The translations under genes and the position numbers were made by a program. A stretch of DNA of 64,000 nucleotides from Camelus dromedarius. Lineage: Eukaryota. Position 1 is the first letter of the stretch. Each line of letters begins with the position of its first letter. Below are positions 1-12,281 of the stretch, piece by piece. Below the pieces are notes generated by a model, which saw nothing but the letters and a program-made list of their open reading frames with translations, did not search any database and was not told the DNA's origin. The stretch is taken from NCBI RefSeq assembly GCF_036321535.1, contig NC_087437.1, positions 77,874,001 through 77,938,000 on the forward strand. The letters run 5' to 3'.

Positions 1-1991
1 CTTCCGCTGTGTTGCTCCTGCATCATTGTCCCTAAAGGAGCTTCCCAAGTAGTTGTACATGGAAGTCAGTAAGGTTTATATGTCTCAGCAGTGCTCCATC
101 AAACACAAGACATAAATTCCAGAGAGACAGCTATTATGCTTTTAACTTCAATTATTTGAAAACAGGAGTAGTGACAACATATGAAATTTGTATATAAGAA
201 TAAAGATATTAACAAGTCAGTGACAGAAAGTAGGTGACAGTAGTGAGGGATGGGGTAAGGGAATTTAGAACAATGTTTGCTACTTTTTAAGAAAGTTTTT
301 ATACAAAGAGATGCAGGCTGTCTACTGAACAGGTTAATTTTAGCCCGTGGGTAAGAATACTCTGTATTTTCAGGCCATTGGCAACTCTACTGAAAGAGAG
401 CCAAAGTTTTCCAAACAGACTGACCCTTGTTGTCTTTCTGTGAACTGACCCGCTCTTCTGGATTTTCCAGGGAGCACAGGTTTTCACAGTTTGGGTGGTC
501 AAAAAATTCTAATCTGCAAGGTTGGATCGAAAGCACAAAACTATCATGATAGAGCTTTAAATCATTACGAGATAGACAAATTAACATTAATAATGATAAC
601 TAGGTATAGACGTTTGCTTATTTCATTCACTGTTTTTCTTTATATTGAAATCTGACAAGGAAATTTAAAGAGTTGCAGACGATAAATCTACTTAGGTCTA
701 ACAGGTGTACATACGTGCAATTATATGTTATTGAGACTAAATATTTCTTGTTAGCTATTTTGAATTGTTCTAACTAGTTAGCTGGCATGTGGATAATGAC
801 TAAAGTAATATTCTGACATAGTGTTACATTTTTATTTATCTTTTCATATTTATAAAGTTTAAAAGGGAAGATGAGTCTTGTAAATGTAGCAACGACTATC
901 CTAAGCCTCAGAAAAATAAGAGACATGCAACTTTCCTTGAAGCTAAAATGCATAGCACAGAAAAAGTCAAGTCAGCACATATTTAGTAAAATGTGTTTGG
1001 CACTACACTGGATACAGAAATCAGGAGACTAGTGCTTAAACTCTATCTGAATACTTTCTGTTGAATCTGAGGTACATTTATTTTTGAGACGGAAACACCA
1101 CCAAACTCAAGTAGCATTTAAACAAATGATAAAAGTCTATTGTTATCTGTGTTTTAGGGGAATTTCAAATATACCTTATAAGAAATTCACATTTGGGGCT
1201 GTGATTCTATGTATTTTGAGCTAAGTGCACAAAATCACTTAAGATTCACAGGGAATGGCTTAAGAATCAGAACAAAATAAAGGAAGTGCAAAGGTAGTTT
1301 AAAAAAAAAGGTTTATAAAGGCTAGAGGCCTTTTTCTTTTGCTGCTCTTGGCAGAAGGAACAAAGTGAAAGGCAATCTTCAGTGCTAAGAAAAATGCAGA
1401 CATGAATTCATAGTGATTAAAAATTGTTAAATACTACTACCTTCTTTATAAATATCTCTCCTAAACATACCATGCTTAATGGTTTAGAATACAAAAGACA
1501 TGACCAAAGCAGAAGCCATAAAAGAAGCTTTCACACTAGGAAAATAATTTATACAACAAACAGAAGTGTAGTCATTCCAGCTGGCATGCTGCTATCCATC
1601 TTAATTATTGCAATAAATGAACCGCTGGCTATCACTTTTAAAAGACTAAGGAAATCTGGAGTATTGCCAAAAGATCAGAAAGAAAAGCTTTATGTTAAAA
1701 TAAAATGATGATTAAATTGGAAATCAAGTCATAATGCTGATGATACATTTTTACGAGGATAAACAAGGTAGCTTTGTCTTTGAAAATCGTATCTATCTGA
1801 CCTTGTAAATTTCCTGAAGATTTGATAAGCAGCTATACAATTTGTGGGCTACCCACACACCAGACTGCATTTATAGAAAGCATGTTTACCACTGGAAATA
1901 ACTAAAAGGGGATCCAGCAGTGGGCGTGGGTCAGCAGAAAGTAGGTTAATTGGAGACTGCATGGATAGACAGTACTGCCTTCCCCCTGGCA

Positions 1992-2178
1992 CAACTGTTC
2001 TCAGAGTGTGGTCCCAGGACAGGGAGCATCAGCAACATATGGGAACTTGTTAGAAATGCAAATTCTGGACCCTATATCAGAAGTGCTGAATTGGAAACTC
2101 CAGGGCAGGGCCCAACAATCTTTCAGCAGGCTAACTGGGTCATTCTGATGCATGTCCCAGTTTGCTTACCACCATTCC
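1992..2178. mobile_element. MER5A-like hAT-Charlie MITE
   Basis: Recalled MER5A motifs: GTTCTCAGAGTGTGGTCCC...AGCATCAGCA...TGGGAACTTGTTAGAAATGCAAATTCT...TTCTGATGCA. Confidence 0.8.
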
Positions 2179-3247
2179 ACTGAAATGAAAGCTTCCTGGG
2201 ACTAAAAGGTGTTTGCTGCTGCGCCCTCACCACCCAAACATGCATGGTGGCTAACCCACGGTAGGCACTCAAATGTTTGTTTAATGAATTCACTAAAAAG
2301 AGACACTTTCTACAAGAAAGTAGATTTTAAAAGATATTCCAAACTATCATTTTAGGTATTTTTAGTGCTGGCAAATAAATAATTTCATTTTGAGAACAGA
2401 AGTTAAACGTTTTTTAAAAGCTTCATTAAAATGGGGGTATTTATATTCAAATTTAGTCAATTGTATTTGAAAAACAAACTGACCTTTAAGAAGATACTAT
2501 GACAATCATTACATAAGTAGTTTTGAATCTGTGAATGGGTAGTCAGTCTGTTGAGGGTTTTTTGGTTGTTACTGGGGGGAGGATTATTTGAGGAGGGACT
2601 GGCCTTGAAAAATAAAAGCTATTATCTATTATTCTCCATAACTGACATGGATTATTTTTTGAATTTAGTCATCCACTTAAACTTTTAGCTATCATTACTT
2701 GTTACTCAACGTAACAGAATACATTCATAAAATTTTGTATCATAGAACAACTCTAGCACCTTGGATAGGTTCAATTTACATACACATGTGTACAATCTAC
2801 AAAAGATACGCTTTATTTTTCAAAATCAATGTTTACAGAGAATGAACAAAAAAACTTAAAAGAACAGTAAGATTTGTATCTGTAAACTCTAAACTTATAT
2901 TGCCAGTTAAATAAGGGAACAAGTGCCAAGAGGATAAATTATGAACCTGAAGGGGCAAAATAATGGCTATCATCATTCCACAAAGTACAAGTTTAGGAGA
3001 CATGCTTTCATTGTAATTTTGTTTGGATTATAAACTTTAGTAGAAAATGGGATTGGGCAAAGTAATACACTTTAACTCTAGTATGCCATTTGATATACCC
3101 TCACAAAAATATATTACTTTAAAAAATTAATTCAATTTATCTGTAATAGGAAATCTGTCACCATGTTCTGAAAATTGGCTGAAAGCCAACAAATAGAACA
3201 CCGATTAGAAATTTAATGCCTAAAGGTATGCCTAAAGATACACATAT

Positions 3248-3420
3248 CTTTTTTCTTTATTGCAGTCTGTTTACAATGTGTCAACTTCTGGTGTACAGCA
3301 TAATGTTTCAGTCATACATATACATACATATATTCTTTTTCATTATAGGTTGCTACAAGATATTGGATATAGTTCCCTGTGCTATACAGTATAAACTTGT
3401 TGTTTATTTTATAGATAGTG
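3248..3420 (-). mobile_element. Short LINE-1 3' UTR fragment, same family as the 45.8-kb L1
   Basis: T-rich tail then TTACAATGTGTCAACTTCTGGTGTACAGCA...AGATATTGGATATAGTTCCCTGTGCTATAC, closely matching 45819-45948 in this window. Confidence 0.85.
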
Positions 3421-4221
3421 CTTAGTATTCTTTTTTATAAAAATTCCTATTTCACATGCTAACATACAACAAAAGAACTCTAAAACTGCTAAGAAATGTA
3501 TCGAGAGACCATGATCTTTGGAAAGGAATGACAAACCACAAGGGAACAATCTCTTTTCCTGAAGGTCATCTGGGGGGTCAGCTATACCAATTATTTCTGA
3601 CAGCAGGAACACCAAGGACAGGGGAAAAGAACAAAAGAAATAGAGGACCAGGCAGTGAAGAAAGCTATAGTTCTATCCAATTTTAACTCCTAGGGAGTAG
3701 ATATCACTGAATAATGTCCAAAATTTTATTAATTTCAGTTCACTACAGACCTACTTTTAAAACTCAACTGGTACTAATGCCTTTAACCATCTTTTGTTTC
3801 CATCTTTGAGAATGAAGCTCAAGTTCCTAAGCACTCTTCTCCCATTTCTTGGCTCCTTTTCCTCCAACTTTAACAGTTTGCTCAATCAATCTCCATTTGC
3901 TTCCAAGTTTAGTTCTGCCCCTTGGGCTTGCTCCTTCTTTTCTGTTGACCACATATGTATTTAGATCTCTTCTTTTCCAAACATTCTCAAGAGGTTCATA
4001 CCTCTTTATTTCCTTAAACTCCTGCTTCTCTCCTTATGATCATCACCAATCTCCATTCTCTGCGTTGTAGTCCAGTGATTTGTGAAGCTGCTGAGTACTC
4101 TTACACCTTCAATGCAGAATTGTATCTTACTCATCTTTATCCAGCACATAGCTGTCTGCAATGGCATTCTCATGATGGATGTCCAATAAATATGAGGTTA
4201 GTTAAATTAAATGAAAAGTGC

Positions 4222-4706
4222 TGTAGTAAGCAAGCATTATTTTGCCTGCCCAGTCCCTGTTACCACATCTCCAGTTTTCCTGAAACTGTATAGAAATCTG
4301 TCAACTTCCCCTTCACCTCTTAGTTGACTGGTCCTAAGTTGGCACCTGATCCAAGCTAACCCAAAAAGAATCCTTTCTGGACCAATTGGGAACCAGAACT
4401 AGGCAAGCCATGCTGTTAGTTTATTGAGTGGAGTAGAACTAAATCTAGGAAAAATAAACATACAACATTAGAATCAAAATATGATAGTCTGTAGAAAGAG
4501 AGAAATAAAGAACTGTGAAATGGAAACAGAGAGAACTGACAGCGTTCATGCCCTTGATTCTATTTAATTCCCAAGACCTAAGTCCTAGTTGTATCATCTC
4601 CCTTGTTCATAGAGATGTTTTCGCATCCTCATTATAAATCCCCACTTTTGCTTAAGTTGGATCAAGTAGACTCCTATCACTGCAATAAAAGATTCTAAAC
4701 AACACA
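4222..4706 (+). mobile_element. Old ERVL/MaLR-type solo LTR (MLT1- or LTR33-like)
   Basis: Starts TGTAGT and ends ACACA. 3' segment ATAAATCCCCACTTTTGCTTAAGTTGG...TCACTGCAATAAAAGATTCTAAACAACACA resembles old ERVL/MaLR LTR ends. Confidence 0.55.
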
Positions 4707-5850
4707 GGTACCAAAAGCATGGGTCATATTTAGTTAATTATTTTTAAATTAATAAGAGAAAATCATATTTTCAGGAGAAATAATCTAAAATAGAAAGCTG
4801 ATGTGGAAAAGTCACTTGAAATCAAATACATGAGTATACATAGAGTAAGAAAGTAAGAAAAAAAATCTACAGTTGGGAAGTTGGTGTCTATTTGTTGCTT
4901 TGGATTTCTACATGTCTGTATATTCTCCAAGGACAAAAAGCTCTAGATATCTATTATACCAAATAGGATGAGTGTGACAATATATGGAACATCACTCTAA
5001 AAAAGTTCCATTGAATATGGTTCAACCTAACATGTAAAAGCATACTTCACTGTGGTCACTAAATATATTTTTTAATGGAGAGCTATAAAAGGGTGCAAAG
5101 TAACCATTCAGAAAATTTAATAGCACAAATCCTTGGTCAATAACTTGGCAAGATGTCACTTGATTATAATTTAAATCACACATACTGATTGTTAACTTAT
5201 GATATGCTTTAGGCACAATTCTATGGCATGAGATGCATTGCTTTATTTACCATGCTTCCAATTTATAACCTTATGAAAAACTCTATAGGAACCATGGTCA
5301 TTATTACCTACCTGGCATTTGTTTCACCAATTATAAAATTACTTCTACTTTCCACATTAATGGAAAGGATAACAGCATAGAGCAAAACCTTATTAGACCA
5401 GTATGATGGATTCAGAAAAAGCAAAGGCAATCTCTGTAAGCCACTGAATTATTAAATAATTTTCAAAGTACAATCACTGACTTGTTACACTTTCTGTATG
5501 GTTTCAGTTAATCTTCAAATGAAATAAAAAATCACTTCCCAGACTAAATAAGTTTGCTTATGACAATAAATGCATGAGATCCATAGGCCATAGAGCTGCA
5601 CAGTTCTAAGTGTAAACAATGTAACCCTGAAATAAGGAAAATAGTAATTTTCTGGGGTACTTTGTGGAATGTGTTTCATATCTTGTACTTTCTTTAAAAC
5701 AGTGATAACTTATTAAAAGTCCTCTAGGACAGAGGTCTATTTTACAAAGTCAGTCTAGGTTGAAGGAGTTAAAGGAAATCTTTGAGGCCTTAGGAAATGT
5801 AAATGGTAGCAAAGAAGCAAAGAAATGTCAATTAAGAGGTGATGTATCTT

Positions 5851-6072
5851 GTAAATAAGTTTGTCTGTTTTTTAGATTCCACACATATGGTACAGGGAAC
5901 TATATTCAATATCTTGTAGTAACTTATGGCGAAAAGAATATGAAAACGAATATATGTATGTTCATGTATGACTGAAGCATTATGCTGCCCACCAGAAATT
6001 GACACAACATTGTAAACTGACTATGCTTCAATAAAAAAAATATATATATACATTATATATATATATAAAAAA
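5851..6072 (+). mobile_element. 5'-truncated LINE-1 with 5' inversion
   Basis: Sense L1 3' UTR from ~5887 with AATAAA and A/TA tail. Inverted piece 5851-5886. Imperfect TSD AAGAGGTGATGTATCT (5834-5849) / AAGAGGTGATATGTCT (6073-6088). Confidence 0.8.
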
Positions 6073-8721
6073 AAGAGGTGATATGTCTCTTAAAGATGGA
6101 AAAGCCCAGGCATCTGGGGGTGAGGGCAGTAGCTGGCTGACCAGGGCTCTGTGTGTGCTGCAATAGCAAACTGGATATGTCTCAAGATGTCACTGCTTCC
6201 CTCCTCATTCACATGTTGAGTTTAGACACTGTCATTTCAGACAGACGGACGGACACAGGTAGTGAGTCAGCTGTTACAGGCTATATGGAAAAGTAAAGGG
6301 GGAACTAAATGCACTCAACCTATTGCCTCAAACTATTCTGTACTTTCCTAGTGGGTTGAATGATCTAAGGATGAATTTTAATTCTTTCAGCTTTAGGTGT
6401 TCTACATGCTGGCATCACACTTAGTGCAAGTGCCATAATACTGTGGCTACTGGTGTGGCATTCTTGAGGAAATGGAATAGAACTATATTTTAAAAACACA
6501 CAAAGCCTTTTTGTTTGCTCCTGTAGCTGCAGGATTACTATGGCAATTTGAGGGGATTCATAATGCCTTTCATATACTATTCATCCCAGCTCATAAATTG
6601 AAGGCACTTTAACTTGAATCAGCCTGGCTTCAATTTTTGACAAGTGAGGTTAGTTATAATACTCTGAAATTGTTGATTACCTACAGGCAGGTGTTCATTG
6701 TATTTTTAAATATAAAAAAACCTCCAAAACCTTTTACTCCCTGTCTTAATTTTACTATCTCCTTCTTTCAGTTGTTTCTTTTAAAACACATTTACATGTG
6801 TTTTAAGGTCTAATCCCTTTCAAATTAGCTCTTGACTAGCTGTGAACTAAATGTCAGGCACAAAGGAGGGCCTAGAAATCAGAACAATTTGGATTTCTAA
6901 ATGCCAGAATACAATCTACAAGTATGACACCATTACCCGGACTGCTAGCATTGAAAAGAATCATTTTATGAGCGATGTTTCTGAAAAATACCAGCAATGA
7001 CAGCTATAGGGAGATTGTGGCCAAGGGATGTCTCTTTGAATCAGGTGAGTTATGAGTATGTTTTGTATGAATCTATACTTGAAAAGAATCATCCTTTGTT
7101 GTTGCAAAGATTTCTAGGAGGATTAATGCTGCTTCACAGAATTTAGCCCTGCTAAAGTGCTCCAATGAAGAGGTAAGATTTAATATTCTTCCATTTCTCT
7201 AAGCAGTGCTTAAATTAGAATAACAAAAATGTTTTACTTGCAGATATTTATACTTCGAAATTTTTTCTGATTGATGAAAACAGCTTGGCAATACAATTTT
7301 CCTATATTCTGTGTAGTGAGGTTATACCCTTGATAATCCCTGATGTCTCTAGCTTCCATTTATGAGGCGCTATGTATTCAATACACCAGGCAAAAAATAA
7401 TAACAATAAGGCAATTATTATTGACTACTTCTCCAAATTTACAATTAGTCTTAATTTAAGTAAGCTTAACCTTAATAATTGGATAACATAAATTCTAAAT
7501 TATGAAGAAAGCTTATATGCAGTTTCACAGAAATGAACAGTAGCCTTCTTTTGATTTGTTCTTCTGTTGCTGTATTTTTATTTTTAATGCAGAAATACAG
7601 TTCAAGATGATACCAGAAATCAAATAATCCTAAATTTGGAAATTACATTTCATTTGCATAATATATTTAATGTAGTATATTTTATTTGTAAACGTGACTA
7701 GAGTAATGTTTCCTCAACATTAGTTCTCCAAGTATCTTAAGACACCAGATTAAATAATGTTAAACAGATTTCTTTACATCAGGCCTTAGCAAAGCTTATC
7801 TGTATTCCGAATTTTAAGAGTGAGTATAACTGTGCACCATTTCACAAATAAATTTAATCATGACCTAATTATTGGGATCACAAGAGTTTGAGAAACATTT
7901 CTTCAGGACTACAATGCCACAAGCTTCTAAAGTAATCCATTTCATTAAATGTGGTTCAACAACCTTTGATGTCAGAAAATTATTACTGATACAAGATTTA
8001 AATTCCTCTTCTTGTATGTTTCCTTCTCCTTACTTGCTTGTCATCACAGAGGTGAGTTTTTTAACTATGTGTTTGAACAATCTTCTAACAGGCATCACAC
8101 AGGCTTACATTTTTACATTTACAAATCACCTCAAAACACCAATCAACAAGCAAACTCAGCAATTTCATCTTAAATTGATTTAAATTTAAATGCGGGTTAG
8201 TATTTTTTTAAATGCCAATAAAAATGAAGGATTATTTAAATTCCAATATATTTGTAGGCTTACTATAATGAATCAGAAAACTTTCCAGGTGCCTAAAGAA
8301 GAGAAAGAGAAGCAAGAAACATGCAAAAATGAGTGTGTTATTCTAAAATTTTATAATCATGGATAGCAATACATGCAATGAAATGCTCTAATTTCTCAAT
8401 TCCAAGTAGATACATTACTACTTGAGAAGATGAGTCTCTTCTACAGTTTTGGTTGTAGCACCACTGTTGTAATAATCTTTGCACTAGTAGTTTATTTTAA
8501 AATAATACACAAATTATAAATATTCAAATCACATGAAAGAATATGCTGTTTAAAAGAAAGGTTTCCCTTCTATCTCATATCCCCGGCTCTAATTATTTCA
8601 ACTTTGAAGCCCTCCCTTTCAAAGTTAGCCATTACAAAATGTTCTCCTATGTTTTTCAGGAAAAATATATCTATGTATACACAAGCATGTTAAATGATTG
8701 TGTCCGTTTAAGACATATTCT

Positions 8722-8888
8722 GGGGGGAGGGTATAGCTCAGTGGTAGAGCACATGCTTAGCATGCACAAGGTCCTAGGTTTAATTTCCAGTACCTCCATT
8801 AAAATAAAGAAGTAAATAAATAAGTCTAATTACCTCCTCCAAAACAAACACACACAAAAAACAAAAAACAAAAAAAACCCTATAAATA
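8722..8888 (+). mobile_element. tRNA-Ala-derived SINE (camelid Vic-1 type)
   Basis: Head GGGGAGGGTATAGCTCAGTGGTAGAGCACATGCTTAGCATGCACAAGGTCCTAGGTTTAATTTCCAGTACCTCCA resembles tRNA-Ala(AGC). A-rich tail. Perfect 11-bp TSD AAGACATATTC at 8710-8720 and 8889-8899. Confidence 0.9.
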
Positions 8889-9139
8889 AAGACATATTCC
8901 ATTTTCATGCAAATGAGCATATCATACACATTGTTTGGCCACCACTTTTTCCTTATTATTTATCCTTATATATCTAATAAAAAAGCACAAAGCAAGCTGT
9001 AATGGGATACTTTTCCACTTTACATGAAAAAGTTTTCCTCTTTTCTATTATATTTGAATAGTGTCAGATTTTAACTTCTTCATGGAAGGTACAGAATATT
9101 AAAACATTCAGTTTAAGATGTTGACAGTAACAGTATTAA

Positions 9140-9310
9140 CAGTCATAGCAAACATCTCTGAGGTCTGTACTCCTTGCTATGCAATTTGCTAATCAGTTTA
9201 CAAAGATTATGTCAGCTAGTTCTTTCAACAAACCTCTGATATAATTACTATTATTTCTTTCACTTTACAGAGAAGGAAACTGACCTGGAGACATGAAACA
9301 ACTTGCCCAC
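9140..9310 (-). mobile_element. MIR SINE
   Basis: Core TTTACAGAGAAGGAAACTGA...GAAACAACTTGCCCA. Confidence 0.65.
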
Positions 9311-12239
9311 TTAAGCAGTTAGTTTTAGTTACTCATTTTTCCTCCTTCCTCTCACAAAATTCTTTCTACAACTATTCAGTTTATAGACTCTATATCTTGG
9401 CTGTAAAGTCTCAAGACTTTCAGCCCTCAAGAGCTGAAGTTCCGCAGGGTTAATTAGAACCGTTTAAAATCTAATTATTAAATTCAAAATCTACTCATTT
9501 TATATTTTAAAAGAAAAAGAAAGAAAATGCTGTCTCTTAAACTAAAATAAGTTTCCTAGAAGGATATTTCTATAATCAAATAGCAAGCTAAGTTACAGGC
9601 CCAATAACCCAACACTTAAAAATCACAGACAATTTGAATCAGAAGGAAATCTTAAGTTACGGTTTCTCCCTGTCACTTTGCAGATAAGAAAAATGAAGTA
9701 TTTATCACCAAATTTATTATCCTTTCATACTGATGTCTAAATTGAAAGAGATATCAGAAAAATCTCTGCCTTGAGTATGGAATACATAGAAAACTTCCCA
9801 AACAACTGGCTCTAACATTTTCTAACACTATCAGAGATAGCAGTCACTGAGTCGTCCCCCAAAGCAGCAAATTCAAAGGCAAAGCTTTTTCTTTCAGCAG
9901 CTGAATCTTGTTTTGTGATTACCGGTGTGGGACAGATGTCTGCGGGAAGACAGGGAACGTGGATCAGTGTTTTCATCACAGCTCTTAATTCACACCTGAC
10001 CCCTACCTTCTCCGTATGATAACCCTTTCTCACAGGACCTATATTCTGTAAGGTTTAATTAAAATTATTGTTTTTCTCTGAACCAAATCCACTTCTCTTT
10101 TTGAAATTTTTATTTAAATATTGAGACCAAAATGAAATACAATAATATACTCTCATGAAGTGTATTCAGTGTTGAGTAGGGGAGGAGTTGTACCCTTCCT
10201 CATCTCTCATAATTTCACACACTGCTAATGCTAGTCTATACTGTGTTCTTTCTTTCTATGGCTTAATTATTTTATTTATGGTCCACTGTGACTGGGAATC
10301 TCAATCTGCAAAATGTTCCATGGCTAGCTCTTAACTGAGCTTATTGGTGAGAACAGAAGAAGAGCAAATACTACCAAAAGAGACAATGCCAAAATCCTTT
10401 CTACTTGGCAATGGAATGAAATCACACACACTCATAACTACACGGAAGGAAGCCCATCTAGCTCCTGCATCATCACTGAACAAAGAAACAGAGAACAAAA
10501 ATAGAAAATGACTAACCAAAAGCCCACAGCTGTTGACAAAGGAAACCTGGGGCTCATATTCTGCCGTCTTCTACACCACTCTGCCATTGACCACTGGCCT
10601 CACCGGGGGGGAAAGTTCCTGGTCACTGTTATTAATGTGACAATGATCCTGGTCACTGTAATTGACTCAACAGTGATAAACCAACACTCACTATTAAATG
10701 TTTTCTAGTTTAAGCACTAAATAATAACGTTGGTGGAGCATATGAACTGTTTTCATGGGGCCCGTTTTCTTAACTTCTTTTTCATTTTATTTTATTATTT
10801 GTGAAGCAACTATATCTAACAATATAGTTATGTGGTTAACAAGTACACACTGGTTCTGTTGTGAGAATCAATTTTTTTTAAGTTAGTAGGACATTCTGTA
10901 CCCTGCAAATATCTGAAGAGAAAAAGCTAATGGATTGTGCAATATTTCCAGAAGGCAAAGTAAATAACCAACAAAAAAGTAAAGGATGATGTTATGTTTG
11001 AAGTGTTCCTGGGCTTTGTTTGATGGATTCTTTGGAGGGGTGGGGGTTGTGGGTGGGAAGGGTGTTTCTTTTATTTCTATTTCCGCCTGCCATTCCTATA
11101 GCAAACTCATTTGGAAGCTCAGACTGTATGACTACTAAATACTGCTGTGGAAAATGTAATTTCTCCTCAGTTATTCTATTTCTCTTATAGAGAAATCTCT
11201 AAATTTCTATTTAGAAAATGATTTGAGGTGAAAAGAGAAAATAAAATTCAAAGCTTATCAATTTTAAATATCATTAACACTTAATATGATATTAACCAGA
11301 GTGAGATTGAAACTATTGGGAGAATAATGTTTATTAGGTAACTTGCTCATACTACTTTGATGTTCGTTTTCATGTTCCAGAATTAAGTTCAGACAGATAG
11401 CATTCTAAACACTGGAGGCCGTGCTTGAAAAAGGAACATAATGAGACTAGTTATTTGGTACTTCCTGAATTGGGCTTTGTGTCCAAACAGGCATGCTTCT
11501 CATAAATATGCCTAACTCGATAGGAAATAAACACCCCTTTCCATGTAACTTTAATTAAAAAAAAATTCACAACTCACTTAGGAAAGCAACTAAATACATA
11601 TATTCAGTTTAATATGATGATAGGCCAAGTCTAGGCTGTCAGGAAGCAGGGTCTAATATCTAGGGGTAAAAGCTATGGGGAAAGGGGGTAGGAAGGTAGG
11701 ATGTGGGGGAACGTCTTGCAAAATCTAAGGATGGGGAGAAATGTCCCCAGCCAATGAGAATGGATCTGACTGGGCTCTCTATGGATAAACCAAGGGAGGG
11801 AAGCTGGAACTAGAACCAAAACTGCAGTTTATTCTGGCCTTGAATATTTCTGTTCAGTTGGCCCATGCATGGACCATTGTGCTATTGTTTCCAAACAGAT
11901 GTAGAGGCACCTGTTCTAATCAGACATTTCACTGGTTCATTTTTGTCTTCCTAACTCTGGTTTTCTAATATCCATTTCTTCTTCCTTCAGATTTGTTCAC
12001 CCATCAGATTTCCCTTTCCAAAATGTGAGTAGTCACTCACTCATCTCTCTGTTTTACTCACTTCTCTAGTTTTAACTTCCTCTGCAAACTTGGGAAGGTA
12101 AACTCTTTATTCCAGCTCAGCCCTACTCTTTGAAACAGAAGCTCAATGCTCAAGTCTTATCTCAGGTGTACTAATCACTGCGTTTACAGCAGACCGTACA
12201 ACACTAAATTAATGGTATATGTTCCATCCATCTCTGGGG

Positions 12240-12281
12240 CAGTAGTTTCAAAATCAGAAACAGTAGTTTCAAAAGCAGAAA
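12240..12281. repeat. 21-bp tandem duplication (1 mismatch)
   Basis: CAGTAGTTTCAAAATCAGAAA followed by CAGTAGTTTCAAAAGCAGAAA. Confidence 0.9.

Noticed and set aside
6781..6806. Perfect 11-bp-stem hairpin TTAAAACACAT-TTAC-ATGTGTTTTAA
   Set aside because: An AT-rich stem of this length is plausible by chance in 64 kb and is too short for a pre-miRNA.
8722..8797. Possible tRNA-Ala(AGC) gene (similar heads at ~46.8 kb and ~49.4 kb)
   Set aside because: Followed by a SINE body and A-rich tail and flanked by TSDs, with a degenerate B box in this copy. These are SINE heads, not tRNA genes.
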